A stretch of DNA of 32,000 bases from Microcystis aeruginosa NIES-2549 (GTDB taxonomy: Bacteria; Cyanobacteriota; Cyanobacteriia; Cyanobacteriales; Microcystaceae), in the NCBI RefSeq assembly GCF_000981785.2, contig NZ_CP011304.1, positions 2,910,001 to 2,942,000 on the forward strand, in the 5' to 3' direction. Shown piece after piece: positions 8,665-16,954 of this stretch; position 1 is the first letter of the stretch; each line of letters opens with the position of its first letter. Made by a program: the position numbers and the translations under genes. The notes beneath the pieces are model-generated. The model saw only the letters and a list, made by a program, of their open reading frames with translations, had not been told where the DNA came from and did no database searches.

Positions 8665-10476
8665 ATGATTAGAGTTGCCGATTATATCGCCCAAACCCTT
8701 GTCAATCAAGGCGTTCATCATATTTTCTTAGTGACAGGTGGCGGCGCCATGCACCTCAACGATGCCATCGGGCGCTGCCAAGGCTTGAGTTATATTTGTT
8801 GTCACCATGAACAAGCCTGTGCCATGGCGGCAGAAGCTTATGCTAGAGTTACTGGCAAGATCGGGTGTATTAATGTCACCACCGGACCGGGGGGTATTAA
8901 TGCCTTAAATGGAGTTTTTGGTGCTTGGACAGATTCTATTCCTATGCTGATAGTATCGGGACAGGTGAAGCGAGAAACCTGCCTAGCAACCTACAACCTT
9001 CCTCAGTTGAGACAACTGGGGGATCAGGAAGCAGATATTGTTAGCATGGTTAAAGGAATTACGAAGTATGCCGTTCTGATTGATGATCCCCAATCGATTC
9101 GATTCCATTTAGAAAAAGCTCTACATTTAGCTGTTTCCGGTCGTCCGGGCCCTTGCTGGATTGATGTTCCCATTGACGTACAATCCAGTAAAATTGATGA
9201 AAGTCAATTACAAGGTTACGACCCCTCAGAGGATGGAGAACTATGGGATTTACCGTTAATTCAACAACAATGCCGTGAGGTAATTAGTCGGCTGAAAAAC
9301 TCTCCCAGACCTGTGATTATGGCAGGCAGCGGTGTGCGAATTGGCGGTGCTGTTGAAATTTTTGAGAAAGTTATCCAAAGGTTGGGAATCCCAGTTACTA
9401 CGGCTTGGACTCATGATATAATCGCCTCTGATAATCCTTTTTATTGCGGTCGTCCTGGTACAATTGGTGATCGCCCTGGCAATTTTACCGTTCAAAATGC
9501 AGAAACTGTACTGATTCTTGGGAGCCGTCTAAATATTCGTCAAGTCAGTTACAATTGGCAGTCTTTTGCTCGCTGTGCCTTTAAGATTCAAGTGGATGCT
9601 GATCAAGCAGAATTAGACAAACCGACAGTTAAACCTGACCTGCCAATTCATTGTGATGTGAAAGTTTTTCTGGAAGAATTAAACCGCCAATTGGATGAAG
9701 ATAATTTCGACCCCGAAAGTCATTGTGATTGGTTGGCTTGGTGTCAAGAAAGGGTTCAACGTTATCCGATCTTTTTACCCCAAAAACATCAGTCCCAGGA
9801 AAATGCTATTAATCCCTATCATTTGATGAACACCTTATTTAAGTGTTTAGATAAGGATGATGTGATTGTCTGTGGTGATGGGATGGCCTGTGTTGTTACT
9901 TTTCAGTCAGCAATTATCCAAAAAGGACAAAAATTGTTTTCTAACTCCGGCAGTGCCTCAATGGGGTACGATTTGCCGGCTGCCGTGGGGGCAGCCATCG
10001 CTCAACAAGGCAAACGGGTTATCTGTTTTGCTGGAGATGGTAGTCTTCAGATGAATATCCAAGAACTCCAAACCGTCGTCCACCATCAACTTCCCATCAA
10101 AATCTTTGTTCTTAATAATGGTGGTTATCTATCGATTAGAGCAACACAGATTAACTTTTTTGGCAAGCTAGTTGGGGAAAGCTCTCAGAGTGGCGTGTCC
10201 TTTCCTGATATTGTTAAAGTTGCTGAAGCTTATGGCATTCCTGCGACAAGAATTAATTCTCCTGATTTTCAGTCTCAACTGATCGAGGTACTTGAGCAAC
10301 CCGGTCCAGTGGTGTGTGAAATCATGTTAGATACCCAACAGTTATTTGAGCCTAAATTGAGTTCAAGACAACTACCTGATGGCAAAATGGTTTCATCCCC
10401 CCTAGAGGATATGGCTCCCTTCTTAGATAGGGAAGAACTCTTGAGCAATTTATTAATTCCACCGGTGGAGAATTAA
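8665..10476 (+). CDS. Thiamine-diphosphate-dependent enzyme, acetolactate-synthase-large-subunit-like
   Basis: N-terminal pyrimidine-binding domain (VADYIAQTLV..GV.HIF.V.GG, HEQACAMAAEAYAR, TTGPGGINA). C-terminal ThDP motif GDGSLQMNIQELQT...VLNNGGY. ATG 8665 (MIRVADY) is preferred over the listed 8602 start. Confidence 0.85.
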   Translation: MIRVADYIAQTLVNQGVHHIFLVTGGGAMHLNDAIGRCQGLSYICCHHEQACAMAAEAYARVTGKIGCINVTTGPGGINALNGVFGAWTDSIPMLIVSGQVKRETCLATYNLPQLRQLGDQEADIVSMVKGITKYAVLIDDPQSIRFHLEKALHLAVSGRPGPCWIDVPIDVQSSKIDESQLQGYDPSEDGELWDLPLIQQQCREVISRLKNSPRPVIMAGSGVRIGGAVEIFEKVIQRLGIPVTTAWTHDIIASDNPFYCGRPGTIGDRPGNFTVQNAETVLILGSRLNIRQVSYNWQSFARCAFKIQVDADQAELDKPTVKPDLPIHCDVKVFLEELNRQLDEDNFDPESHCDWLAWCQERVQRYPIFLPQKHQSQENAINPYHLMNTLFKCLDKDDVIVCGDGMACVVTFQSAIIQKGQKLFSNSGSASMGYDLPAAVGAAIAQQGKRVICFAGDGSLQMNIQELQTVVHHQLPIKIFVLNNGGYLSIRATQINFFGKLVGESSQSGVSFPDIVKVAEAYGIPATRINSPDFQSQLIEVLEQPGPVVCEIMLDTQQLFEPKLSSRQLPDGKMVSSPLEDMAPFLDREELLSNLLIPPVEN

Positions 10477-10546
10477 TGATTAGAAAATACTTCCGTCACT
10501 GGACAGAATCTTATTATTTTATTGATGGATGGTTCACTTGTAAGTA

Positions 10547-10972
10547 ATGTATATTCTCAAAAAGGCTAAATTGGTTAACCTGATTAAAAAACATAAATTT
10601 GCCCGTTTTTTGCTGGTTGGTGCAATAAATACCCTGTTTGGTTATTTTTTATATGGTAGTCTTATACTGATAGGACTAAATTATAAATATGCTGTCTTGC
10701 TGGCTACTATTATCGGAGTTTTATTTAACTTTCAAACCACGGGAAAGTTAGTTTTTGGTAGCAAAAACAACAAATTGATTTTTCGTTTTGTCTTAGTTTA
10801 TGTGGTGACTTTTCTCTTGAACGTTGAGGCCCTGAGAATTGTTGATGCTATTGATATTGGCATCGAGCAAAAAACTAAAATGTTAATCGCGGGTGCTATC
10901 TTGGTTCTTCCCATGGCTGTCATCTCTTTTATTTTAATGAAACTATTTGTTTTTAGGGAAAGATCACAATGA
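10547..10972 (+). CDS. GtrA family membrane protein
   Basis: 141 aa with four predicted TM helices and the GtrA-like N-terminus FARFLLVGAINTLFGY. The stop overlaps the next start (ATGA at 10969-10972). Confidence 0.75.
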   Translation: MYILKKAKLVNLIKKHKFARFLLVGAINTLFGYFLYGSLILIGLNYKYAVLLATIIGVLFNFQTTGKLVFGSKNNKLIFRFVLVYVVTFLLNVEALRIVDAIDIGIEQKTKMLIAGAILVLPMAVISFILMKLFVFRERSQ

Positions 10973-11901
10973 AAAAAATTACGATTATGACCCCTTGTTA
11001 TAATGAGGAAGGAAATGTTGAAGACCTTTACCTGCGAGTTAAAGAAGTCTTTAATCAGTTACCTAACTATGAGTATGAACATCTTTTTATCGATAACGCT
11101 TCCCAAGATAAAACTGTAGATGAATTAAAAAAATTTGCTCAAAAAGACCCCGGGGTAAAGGTCATCGTCAATGCTAGAAATTTTGGTCCGGTTCGTTCTG
11201 GTTACTATGGGATTCTTCAGTGTTACGGGGATGCGGTTATTCCCATTGTAGCAGATTTGCAAGATCCTCCCGAATTAATCCTAGAATTTGTCAAGAAGTG
11301 GGAAGAAGGCTATAAAGTTGTAAAAGCGTTTAAAACGCCGATGAAAGAAGGAGCTTTTTTCTATTTTGCTAGACAAATTTTTTATTCTTTAATGGATAAT
11401 CTTTCAGATATAAAAATTACTAGAAATTTTACAGGTTTCGGGTTATACGATCAGAAAGTCATCAATGTTCTACGAGAGATTAACGATCCCTATCCCTATT
11501 TTAGGGGACTCATTGAAGAGTTGGGTTTTGAAAGTTTCTCTTTTGAGTATCAACAACAACGGCGAAAACGGGGTATAAGTAGTTACAACTTCTATCGATA
11601 CTATAGCGATGCGATGCTGGGTATTACCAGTCACTCCCAAGTTCCCCTCAGACTAGCCACCATGTTAGGCTTTACTTTGTCCCTCTTGAGTCTGCTAGTG
11701 GCGTTAGGTTATTTAATCGCCAAATTGTTGTTCTGGGATTATTTTCCTTTAGGAACCGCACCAATCATGATCGGACTATTTTTACTCGCTTCTGTGCAAC
11801 TATTTTTTATCGGTATTATTGGGGAATACATTGGCTTAATGCACATGAGAATTTTAAAAAGGCCTTTAGTTGTCGAACGTGAACGGATTAACTTTGAGTG
11901 A
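10969..11901 (+). CDS. Family 2 glycosyltransferase (polyprenyl-phosphate sugar transferase, DPM1/ArnC/GtrB-like)
   Basis: N-terminal ITIMTPCYNEEGN plus the FIDNASQD and ADLQDPPE (DxD-type) blocks. Two C-terminal TM helices, as in GtrB/ArnC-type enzymes. Confidence 0.85.
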   Translation: MKKITIMTPCYNEEGNVEDLYLRVKEVFNQLPNYEYEHLFIDNASQDKTVDELKKFAQKDPGVKVIVNARNFGPVRSGYYGILQCYGDAVIPIVADLQDPPELILEFVKKWEEGYKVVKAFKTPMKEGAFFYFARQIFYSLMDNLSDIKITRNFTGFGLYDQKVINVLREINDPYPYFRGLIEELGFESFSFEYQQQRRKRGISSYNFYRYYSDAMLGITSHSQVPLRLATMLGFTLSLLSLLVALGYLIAKLLFWDYFPLGTAPIMIGLFLLASVQLFFIGIIGEYIGLMHMRILKRPLVVERERINFE

Positions 11902-11914
11902 AGACTGTATTTGT

Positions 11915-12031
11915 TATAGCGTTTCCTAAGCTAGTGAGGTACACCTATTTTTCTTCCCTTTTGCCTCTTGCCTTTTGCCTTTTGCCTAAAACCCATAACT
12001 TTTGTACCTCAGCAGACTGAAAAACGCTATA
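11915..12031. repeat. MITE-like element (about 117 bp) with imperfect 28 nt terminal inverted repeats and an internal CTTTTGCC repeat tract
   Basis: The left end TATAGCGTTTCCTAAGCTAGTGAGGTAC matches the reverse complement of the right end at 20 of 28 positions, with the outer 10 and inner 8 perfect. The core is CCCTTTTGCCTCTTGCCTTTTGCCTTTTGCC. Confidence 0.4.
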
Positions 12032-12740
12032 TACTAACCTAATCTTCGAGGACAAATAGTAATGGCTAGAATGCAAGTTTCCCGATAGCCTTCAAACCGA
12101 CATTTTAGGTAAGGGGAGCATCTCACATTTGCATTAAATATGAATGCTTAACGAGGTAAATAAAAAAGTTAAAAAAGAGAACCATTCAGATAGGCCCAGC
12201 AATGACGAAAGACTTGCGGTAAATTGCCAGAATTCCACATTGCACTAGCAATTCTAACAAGAAAACCAATTTGTTTGACTTGAGATGACCCGAAGCTAGA
12301 ACCAATGGAAATTCCCTTTAAAATAAGCATCATTGGTAATTCACCCAAAATACTTTTTACTCTTCTCGTCCGGCTGGTGGTTTCTTCTATACTTATTTTG
12401 ATCAAAAAATACCGAGTTCTGGGTTAACACACTAGATCATTAAATCTCTGACAGTCTCCTCTATTTCTCCCAAGTTATTTGGATTGTTGCTGCCATCGAG
12501 ATAGAGAACGCAGCCAGAAAAACCACCGATCTCGTCGAAAAAGTCGGGGAACTGAAAAACTGGAAACAGATCGGGGTAGTGGTGATCACCGCTTCGCTCA
12601 GTTCGATCTAGTCCTAGATTTTAAAAATTACCCAAGAAGACAGGCAATAATTATCCCCAAAATACTCTAGGGAGTAACCTAAATAACCAACCTCAAAAAA
12701 ACTCTCTGCTAAACTTGAGTCAGTAGATGCACCCTGATGA

Positions 12741-12776
12741 AAAAGGAGAGTCAAAGAAAGCTCTCCTTTTTTTTTT
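12741..12776. terminator. Hairpin with flanking A and T tracts (possible bidirectional terminator)
   Basis: AAAGGAGAG (12742-12750) pairs with CTCTCCTTT (12761-12769) around a 10 nt loop. A long T run follows on the + strand and a 5 nt A run precedes it. It lies about 20 nt downstream of the minus-strand gene ending at 12798. Confidence 0.45.
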
Positions 12777-12797
12777 GAGAAAGCAATCCGGGGGGAT

Positions 12798-13193
12798 TTA
12801 GCCGCGGTTAGCAGGTAATTTCGCCTTGCGCGCCATATCTTTGAAACCATTCAAACTTGGACCGGGGCGACGGCGAGACAGACTAGGAGTAATCAAGTAT
12901 TTTGTCGCAAATTCCACTTCTTGTGGCTCTACTTTACCGTTAGTGGTGGCTACGGGGGCCGGTGCGCTCACAGGAGCGGCGGGAGTTTCTTTTGCTTGCT
13001 TTTCTTTCTTGATAGAAGTTTTTTGGGCTTTTTTCTCGGCTACAGGGGCGGCAGCAGACTCGACAGCAGCGGCGGGCGCTTCCACAACAGGGGCGGCTGC
13101 TGCCGTGGTTGCTGTTGCTTGTTGTTCACCATCGGTTTCTTTTAGTTCTAGGTAAAAGTCAGATTTTTTGCCACCAAAGAGATTTTTTAACAT
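12798..13193 (-). CDS. Hypothetical Ala/Pro/Lys-rich low-complexity protein
   Basis: 131 aa ORF with ordinary-looking termini (MLKNLFGGKKSDFYLELKE... and ...EFATKYLITPSLSRRRPGP...) around an A/P/T-rich core. The opposite-strand ORFs look like composition shadows. Confidence 0.55.
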   Translation of the reverse strand: MLKNLFGGKKSDFYLELKETDGEQQATATTAAAAPVVEAPAAAVESAAAPVAEKKAQKTSIKKEKQAKETPAAPVSAPAPVATTNGKVEPQEVEFATKYLITPSLSRRRPGPSLNGFKDMARKAKLPANRG

Positions 13194-13411
13194 CGGGGAT
13201 CACTCCGAGAGTTGGGAAAATGTAAAAGACTGAGTATTTTAAAATTTATCATTGACCGGGATCAGGCAGCAAACAAGATTATTGTCTTGACAATTTCTCT
13301 GCTTCATCTATTTTTCTTTGGATAATCACTACCAGAAAAAGGTTTTAAAAACAAGTTAAATTTACAAAAATTTACAAAAATTAAGGACGAGAAACCCCGA
13401 CGCAAACAATG

Positions 13412-13449
13412 GCAAAAACTGCTAGAGACGTTGTCAGCAACGTCTCTAG
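13412..13449 (-). terminator. Rho-independent terminator candidate for the 13476-13790 gene
   Basis: A perfect 11 bp stem, CTAGAGACGTT (13422-13432) with AACGTCTCTAG (13439-13449), encloses a 6 nt loop. On the minus strand it is followed by CAGTTTTTGCC. Confidence 0.55.
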
Positions 13450-13475
13450 ATTATTTATGGGGGATTTGGTCGGAT

Positions 13476-13790
13476 TTAGCCGGCTGCGGGTACACGGCTG
13501 CCGCTAACTCCGGGTACAGGACCACGACGAATATTGGTTTCCGTTTCGATGGGAACGAATTCAATATGATTGAGGAGGGTAGTAACAAAAGCAAAGAGTA
13601 AAAAAGGCAAAGAGAGGACGACGACTAACCCCACGGTAGCGAGGGCAAAAATTTGTCTAGTGCTACTCCAAAGAGCTAGAGTGGAAGCCAGAGTAAGAAA
13701 AATAACGATTAACCAAACGATTATTTGTCCGTAAATATCTCCGAAGGTGAGGGTGCAAACCATGCGATAGTTACGAAAATCCTTATCCAT
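13476..13790 (-). CDS. Hypothetical small membrane protein (two TM helices)
   Basis: 104 aa ORF with two long hydrophobic segments (IIVWLIVIFLTLASTLALW and ALATVGLVVVLSLPFLLFAFV). A terminator-like hairpin lies downstream. Confidence 0.5.
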   Translation of the reverse strand: MDKDFRNYRMVCTLTFGDIYGQIIVWLIVIFLTLASTLALWSSTRQIFALATVGLVVVLSLPFLLFAFVTTLLNHIEFVPIETETNIRRGPVPGVSGSRVPAAG

Positions 13791-13980
13791 AACAGTAAAC
13801 CCCTAGATAGTTAGTTATTGTTTTAGGGTAAGTCTATAATTGTCAACTTGGTCAATATTTAAAGGTTTTTATAAACACTTGTTGATAAATCTTTACAATT
13901 CTGCGCCGAGCGGGTAGCCAAATCTAGAGGTAAGAGCGGTATTGTTTGGTTGCCCTTCCGGAAAACTAAGTTGATATTAT

Positions 13981-14010
13981 AAGAATTGCTAAGAATTGCT
14001 AAGAATTACC
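13981..14010. repeat. 10 bp tandem repeat AAGAATTGCT x3 (third copy degenerate)
   Basis: Direct reading gives AAGAATTGCT AAGAATTGCT AAGAATTACC, about 70 nt upstream of the ATG at 14081. Confidence 0.7.
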
Positions 14011-14080
14011 AAAAAACTGGCCAAAATTTTGGCGAACGCTCTTTACAATTAAGTTAGAAAGGCAAGGAGGAGCAAGCCTA

Positions 14081-14584
14081 ATGAAAACTTTTGTTGAGCG
14101 TTATCGGTCTTGGTTTAATTGGACAACCCTAGCCATGGTTGTTCTCGGTTTCTGGTTAAGTGCCAGTTTCGTCATCGATTTAATCATTATCCCCAGCTTA
14201 TCCGTAGCTGGCATGATGACACAAAATGGCTTTGCCAGTGCCGGTTACTTGCTATTTGGCATTTTTAACCATCTGGAATTAGTTTGTGCGGCGATTGTGC
14301 TGTGTAGCTTTGTTGTCTTCCACCGCTATCATACCTTAATCCATCTCCCCGAACATCGATCGCTCCTATTCGCTGGTGTTCTCTTAGTAATCACCCTAAT
14401 TTACACCTATTTTCTCACTCCCAATCTGAGTGCTATGGGTTTACTGGCTCCCGTTACCGCGTCGGGAATGTCGGGAGAAATGATGTCCTTGCAGATTGGT
14501 TACTGGTTTCTAGAAGTGGTTAAAGGTTTGATAGCTTTTACCCTGTTGCGCTGGTGTTGGCGAGATGCCTTTAAGTTAGCTTAG
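14081..14584 (+). CDS. Hypothetical integral membrane protein (4-5 TM helices)
   Basis: 167 aa hydrophobic ORF preceded by GGAGG-containing AAGGAGGAGCAAG. A strong terminator follows. Confidence 0.65.
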   Translation: MKTFVERYRSWFNWTTLAMVVLGFWLSASFVIDLIIIPSLSVAGMMTQNGFASAGYLLFGIFNHLELVCAAIVLCSFVVFHRYHTLIHLPEHRSLLFAGVLLVITLIYTYFLTPNLSAMGLLAPVTASGMSGEMMSLQIGYWFLEVVKGLIAFTLLRWCWRDAFKLA

Positions 14585-14596
14585 TTGTTGATTACA

Positions 14597-14620
14597 AGCG
14601 GGGTTCAACCCGCTTTTTTT
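14597..14620 (+). terminator. Rho-independent terminator
   Basis: AGCGGG (14597-14602) pairs with CCCGCT (14609-14614) around the loop GTTCAA, and runs into a T tract through 14620. It starts 13 nt after the stop at 14584. Confidence 0.7.
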
Positions 14621-15070
14621 AGTTCTAGTGGTATAAGCCGCCTATTGGATTCATGGACGAAGAGGCACCACAACTGGCGAATCCAAGAATAGAGGTGGTA
14701 AATTTTTTACACTTCATTTAGGCAGACTAGGGCCAAAAAGAATCAAGGAAATTTTTAAACCATACTTTCAGTGAGGACAAGGATTTTCTTCAGTAATGCC
14801 GATGGGGTAGGCGAATTGACAATTTCAGACACCGGCAAAGGAAAGATGGTTCTTCTCGTTTCTGTAGGGATAATTTTCTTTCCAGAAAGATAGTCTTCAA
14901 AGCCTTGCCTGGCAAGACTCCTACCAATGATAAGCACTGATTATCACACCAACTTCGAGGAGAGCCGAGGGATTCCATGATTGATAACGGACAACTTTGA
15001 TAACTTGCTATCTAAGAATAAATCAGTTACAATTCTTGCAAATTAACTTCGTCTGTGAGGAAAGCTGGAA

Positions 15071-16285
15071 GTGTTGTTAAAAAAAGCCAAAAGAAACAGC
15101 CAGATGAGACACATATTTTCTGGAGGAATTTTCATTACCTCCTGTGTGGGGACGGCCATACTTTGCGATGGGGTGAAAGCCATTCCTTCCCCCTTAGACA
15201 TTGACGCTGCTTCTATTCGGGTATCCCAGGAAAAAATTATCATTAATTCCCCCGTGGAATTAGAGAGGACAGACAGAATTCTGACAACCAATTCCTTCTC
15301 GACAACAGAGGGATTAGCCGACAGTAATCTGCCCTCATCCTTAGAAAATAAACTAGAGAAATCTTCCCTCGATACTCTAGCAACAGAAAAGACCGGGACA
15401 ATTTCAACCCTAGAAGAATGGAAGGCGAATCTAGGGACAATGCAAGCGAGTCAGCTTTTCCCAGCAGGGGGTAATAACTCTCCAGAAGTCGAAAAATGGC
15501 AAGCACAAGCATCTACCCCCGTTGATACCAATGTTTCTCCCGAATTGCAGCGTTTACGTCAAGAGTTTCTGATTGAGGAACCGCAAACCCTTTCTGCGAA
15601 ACTGGCGGAAGTTGTGGTTGCCCCTGGTGCCAGTATCTCTACTCCCATCGGTTTTGGAGCAAGTCTTGGGCAGATTTTCGGTGGTTTCGGTTTCCAGTCG
15701 AGAACCCGTTTCACCAATCAAGCAGATGGTGGGTTATCCCTAGGGGGCGGTTTGGGAGACCCCCAGAAAATTGTCGGTTTAGATGTAACTCTGGCGATTT
15801 TGAGCCTTTTTGATGATAATGCTGGACGGGGTAGTTTTAGCTTTAAAATTCACCGTTCTCTGCCAGAAGGTTTTGCTGTGGCCCTAGGATTTGAAAACGC
15901 TATTAACTGGGGTGGGACAGATGGCGGTAGCAGTATCTACGGGGTGGTGAGCAAATTTTTTCAGTTAACAGAAACAACGAAAGAACCCTTTAGCCAATTG
16001 ACGCTCTCTTTGGGTGTTGGTGGTGGTCGTTTTCGCTCGGAAGGAGCCATTGAAGATGGGGTAAACTCGCTCGGTGTCTTTGCTAGTGCGGGTTTACGAA
16101 TTGTTGAACCTGTCTCGGCCATTGTCGAATGGTCGGGTCAAGATTTAAACGCGGGTATTTCCCTGATTCCCTTCCAGAACATCCCCTTGACGGTTAACCT
16201 TGCCGGTGCTGATTTAACAGGCAATGCCGGGGACGGCGCTCGCTTCGTGATGAGTATCGGCTACAATTACTTTTTCCCCCGTTAG
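15071..16285 (+). CDS. Hypothetical secreted / possibly outer-membrane beta-rich protein
   Basis: 404 aa with a signal-like segment (MRHIFSGGIFITSCVGTAILC). The C-terminal half is Gly-rich with alternating hydrophobic pattern and ends IGYNYFFPR, with aromatic residues as in many beta-barrels. The start is ambiguous (GTG 15071 or ATG 15104). Confidence 0.55.
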   Translation: MLLKKAKRNSQMRHIFSGGIFITSCVGTAILCDGVKAIPSPLDIDAASIRVSQEKIIINSPVELERTDRILTTNSFSTTEGLADSNLPSSLENKLEKSSLDTLATEKTGTISTLEEWKANLGTMQASQLFPAGGNNSPEVEKWQAQASTPVDTNVSPELQRLRQEFLIEEPQTLSAKLAEVVVAPGASISTPIGFGASLGQIFGGFGFQSRTRFTNQADGGLSLGGGLGDPQKIVGLDVTLAILSLFDDNAGRGSFSFKIHRSLPEGFAVALGFENAINWGGTDGGSSIYGVVSKFFQLTETTKEPFSQLTLSLGVGGGRFRSEGAIEDGVNSLGVFASAGLRIVEPVSAIVEWSGQDLNAGISLIPFQNIPLTVNLAGADLTGNAGDGARFVMSIGYNYFFPR

Positions 16286-16318
16286 TCGGTTTTCACATTG
16301 TGTAACTTAGTTTTTTGA

Positions 16319-16933
16319 ATGAGGATTAATACCATGTTGATGAAATGGTTGACTAATTGGCAAGTTTCCCTAGTGGCGGCGGTTTTGCTGACCAATGCCC
16401 TAGTCTCTCCTAGTATGGCGCAAACCGGCAACCAATCCGATGTCACCGGGCCGATTCTTTCCACCGGTGATTTTGCCGGTCAAACTATCCCCACCACCAC
16501 CGTCACGGTGACGGGATTTCAGGGGGGAGAACCGGCTCAAATTTCTGTTAATCAAGCGGCGGCTTCTGTGAATACTCAGTTAGCTAATAATGGTTTAACC
16601 TCCCCCACGGGTACCCCGATTTCCCCAACCGTTCAGCAACCGATACTGAGCATCTTAACAGCAGATGCACAGGCGGGTAATAATATCACTGCTGTCACTG
16701 CCGCTCTTACCACTGTACCAGGCGCACCGCCTTTAAGTGTTATTCAAAACTTATTGGACGGCTTAAACGGATTAACCTCTGGTGGTGCGGTTAATCCAGC
16801 TAACTTGTTGGCGGCGGTGCAGACCTATAATGAGATGATTTTAGCCAGTAACGAAGCGTTTCTGGCAAGTCCTCCCGCAGAACTACGGGCAATTCAAGCA
16901 TCCTTAGCTGCATTGGTGGAAGCCGCTCGCTAA
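16319..16933 (+). CDS. Hypothetical secreted protein (signal peptide, T/A/N-rich)
   Basis: 204 aa. The signal-peptide-like VSLVAAVLLTNALVSPSMAQ is followed by a low-complexity T/P/A-rich region and a helical C-terminus. No family recognised. Confidence 0.5.
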   Translation: MRINTMLMKWLTNWQVSLVAAVLLTNALVSPSMAQTGNQSDVTGPILSTGDFAGQTIPTTTVTVTGFQGGEPAQISVNQAAASVNTQLANNGLTSPTGTPISPTVQQPILSILTADAQAGNNITAVTAALTTVPGAPPLSVIQNLLDGLNGLTSGGAVNPANLLAAVQTYNEMILASNEAFLASPPAELRAIQASLAALVEAAR

Positions 16934-16954
16934 CCCGCATTTTCCCTGCTGACT

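Noticed and set aside
12169-12405. 78 aa minus-strand ORF
   Set aside because: It has a non-canonical start, no recognisable motifs and lies in AT-rich intergenic-looking sequence. I cannot support it as a gene.
12432-12620. Open frame on the minus strand reading ...DHHYPDLFPVFQFPDFFDEIGGFSGCVLYLDGSNNPNNLGEIEETVRDLMI
   Set aside because: It looks protein-like but has no start codon before the upstream stop, apart from a TTG near its 3' end. It may be a gene remnant, which is not verifiable here. The overlapping plus-strand ORF 12479-12670 is Arg/Ser-rich and equally unsupported.
12826-13155. Plus-strand ORFs of 109 and 74 aa antisense to the Ala/Pro-rich gene
   Set aside because: They are shadow ORFs caused by GC-rich GCN/CCN codon repeats on the other strand. 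Their products are Gly/Cys/Arg-rich and implausible.
14755-14978. Two overlapping 60-62 aa minus-strand ORFs
   Set aside because: They are short and mutually overlapping in different frames, with no motifs. They may be debris of an older gene but are not callable.
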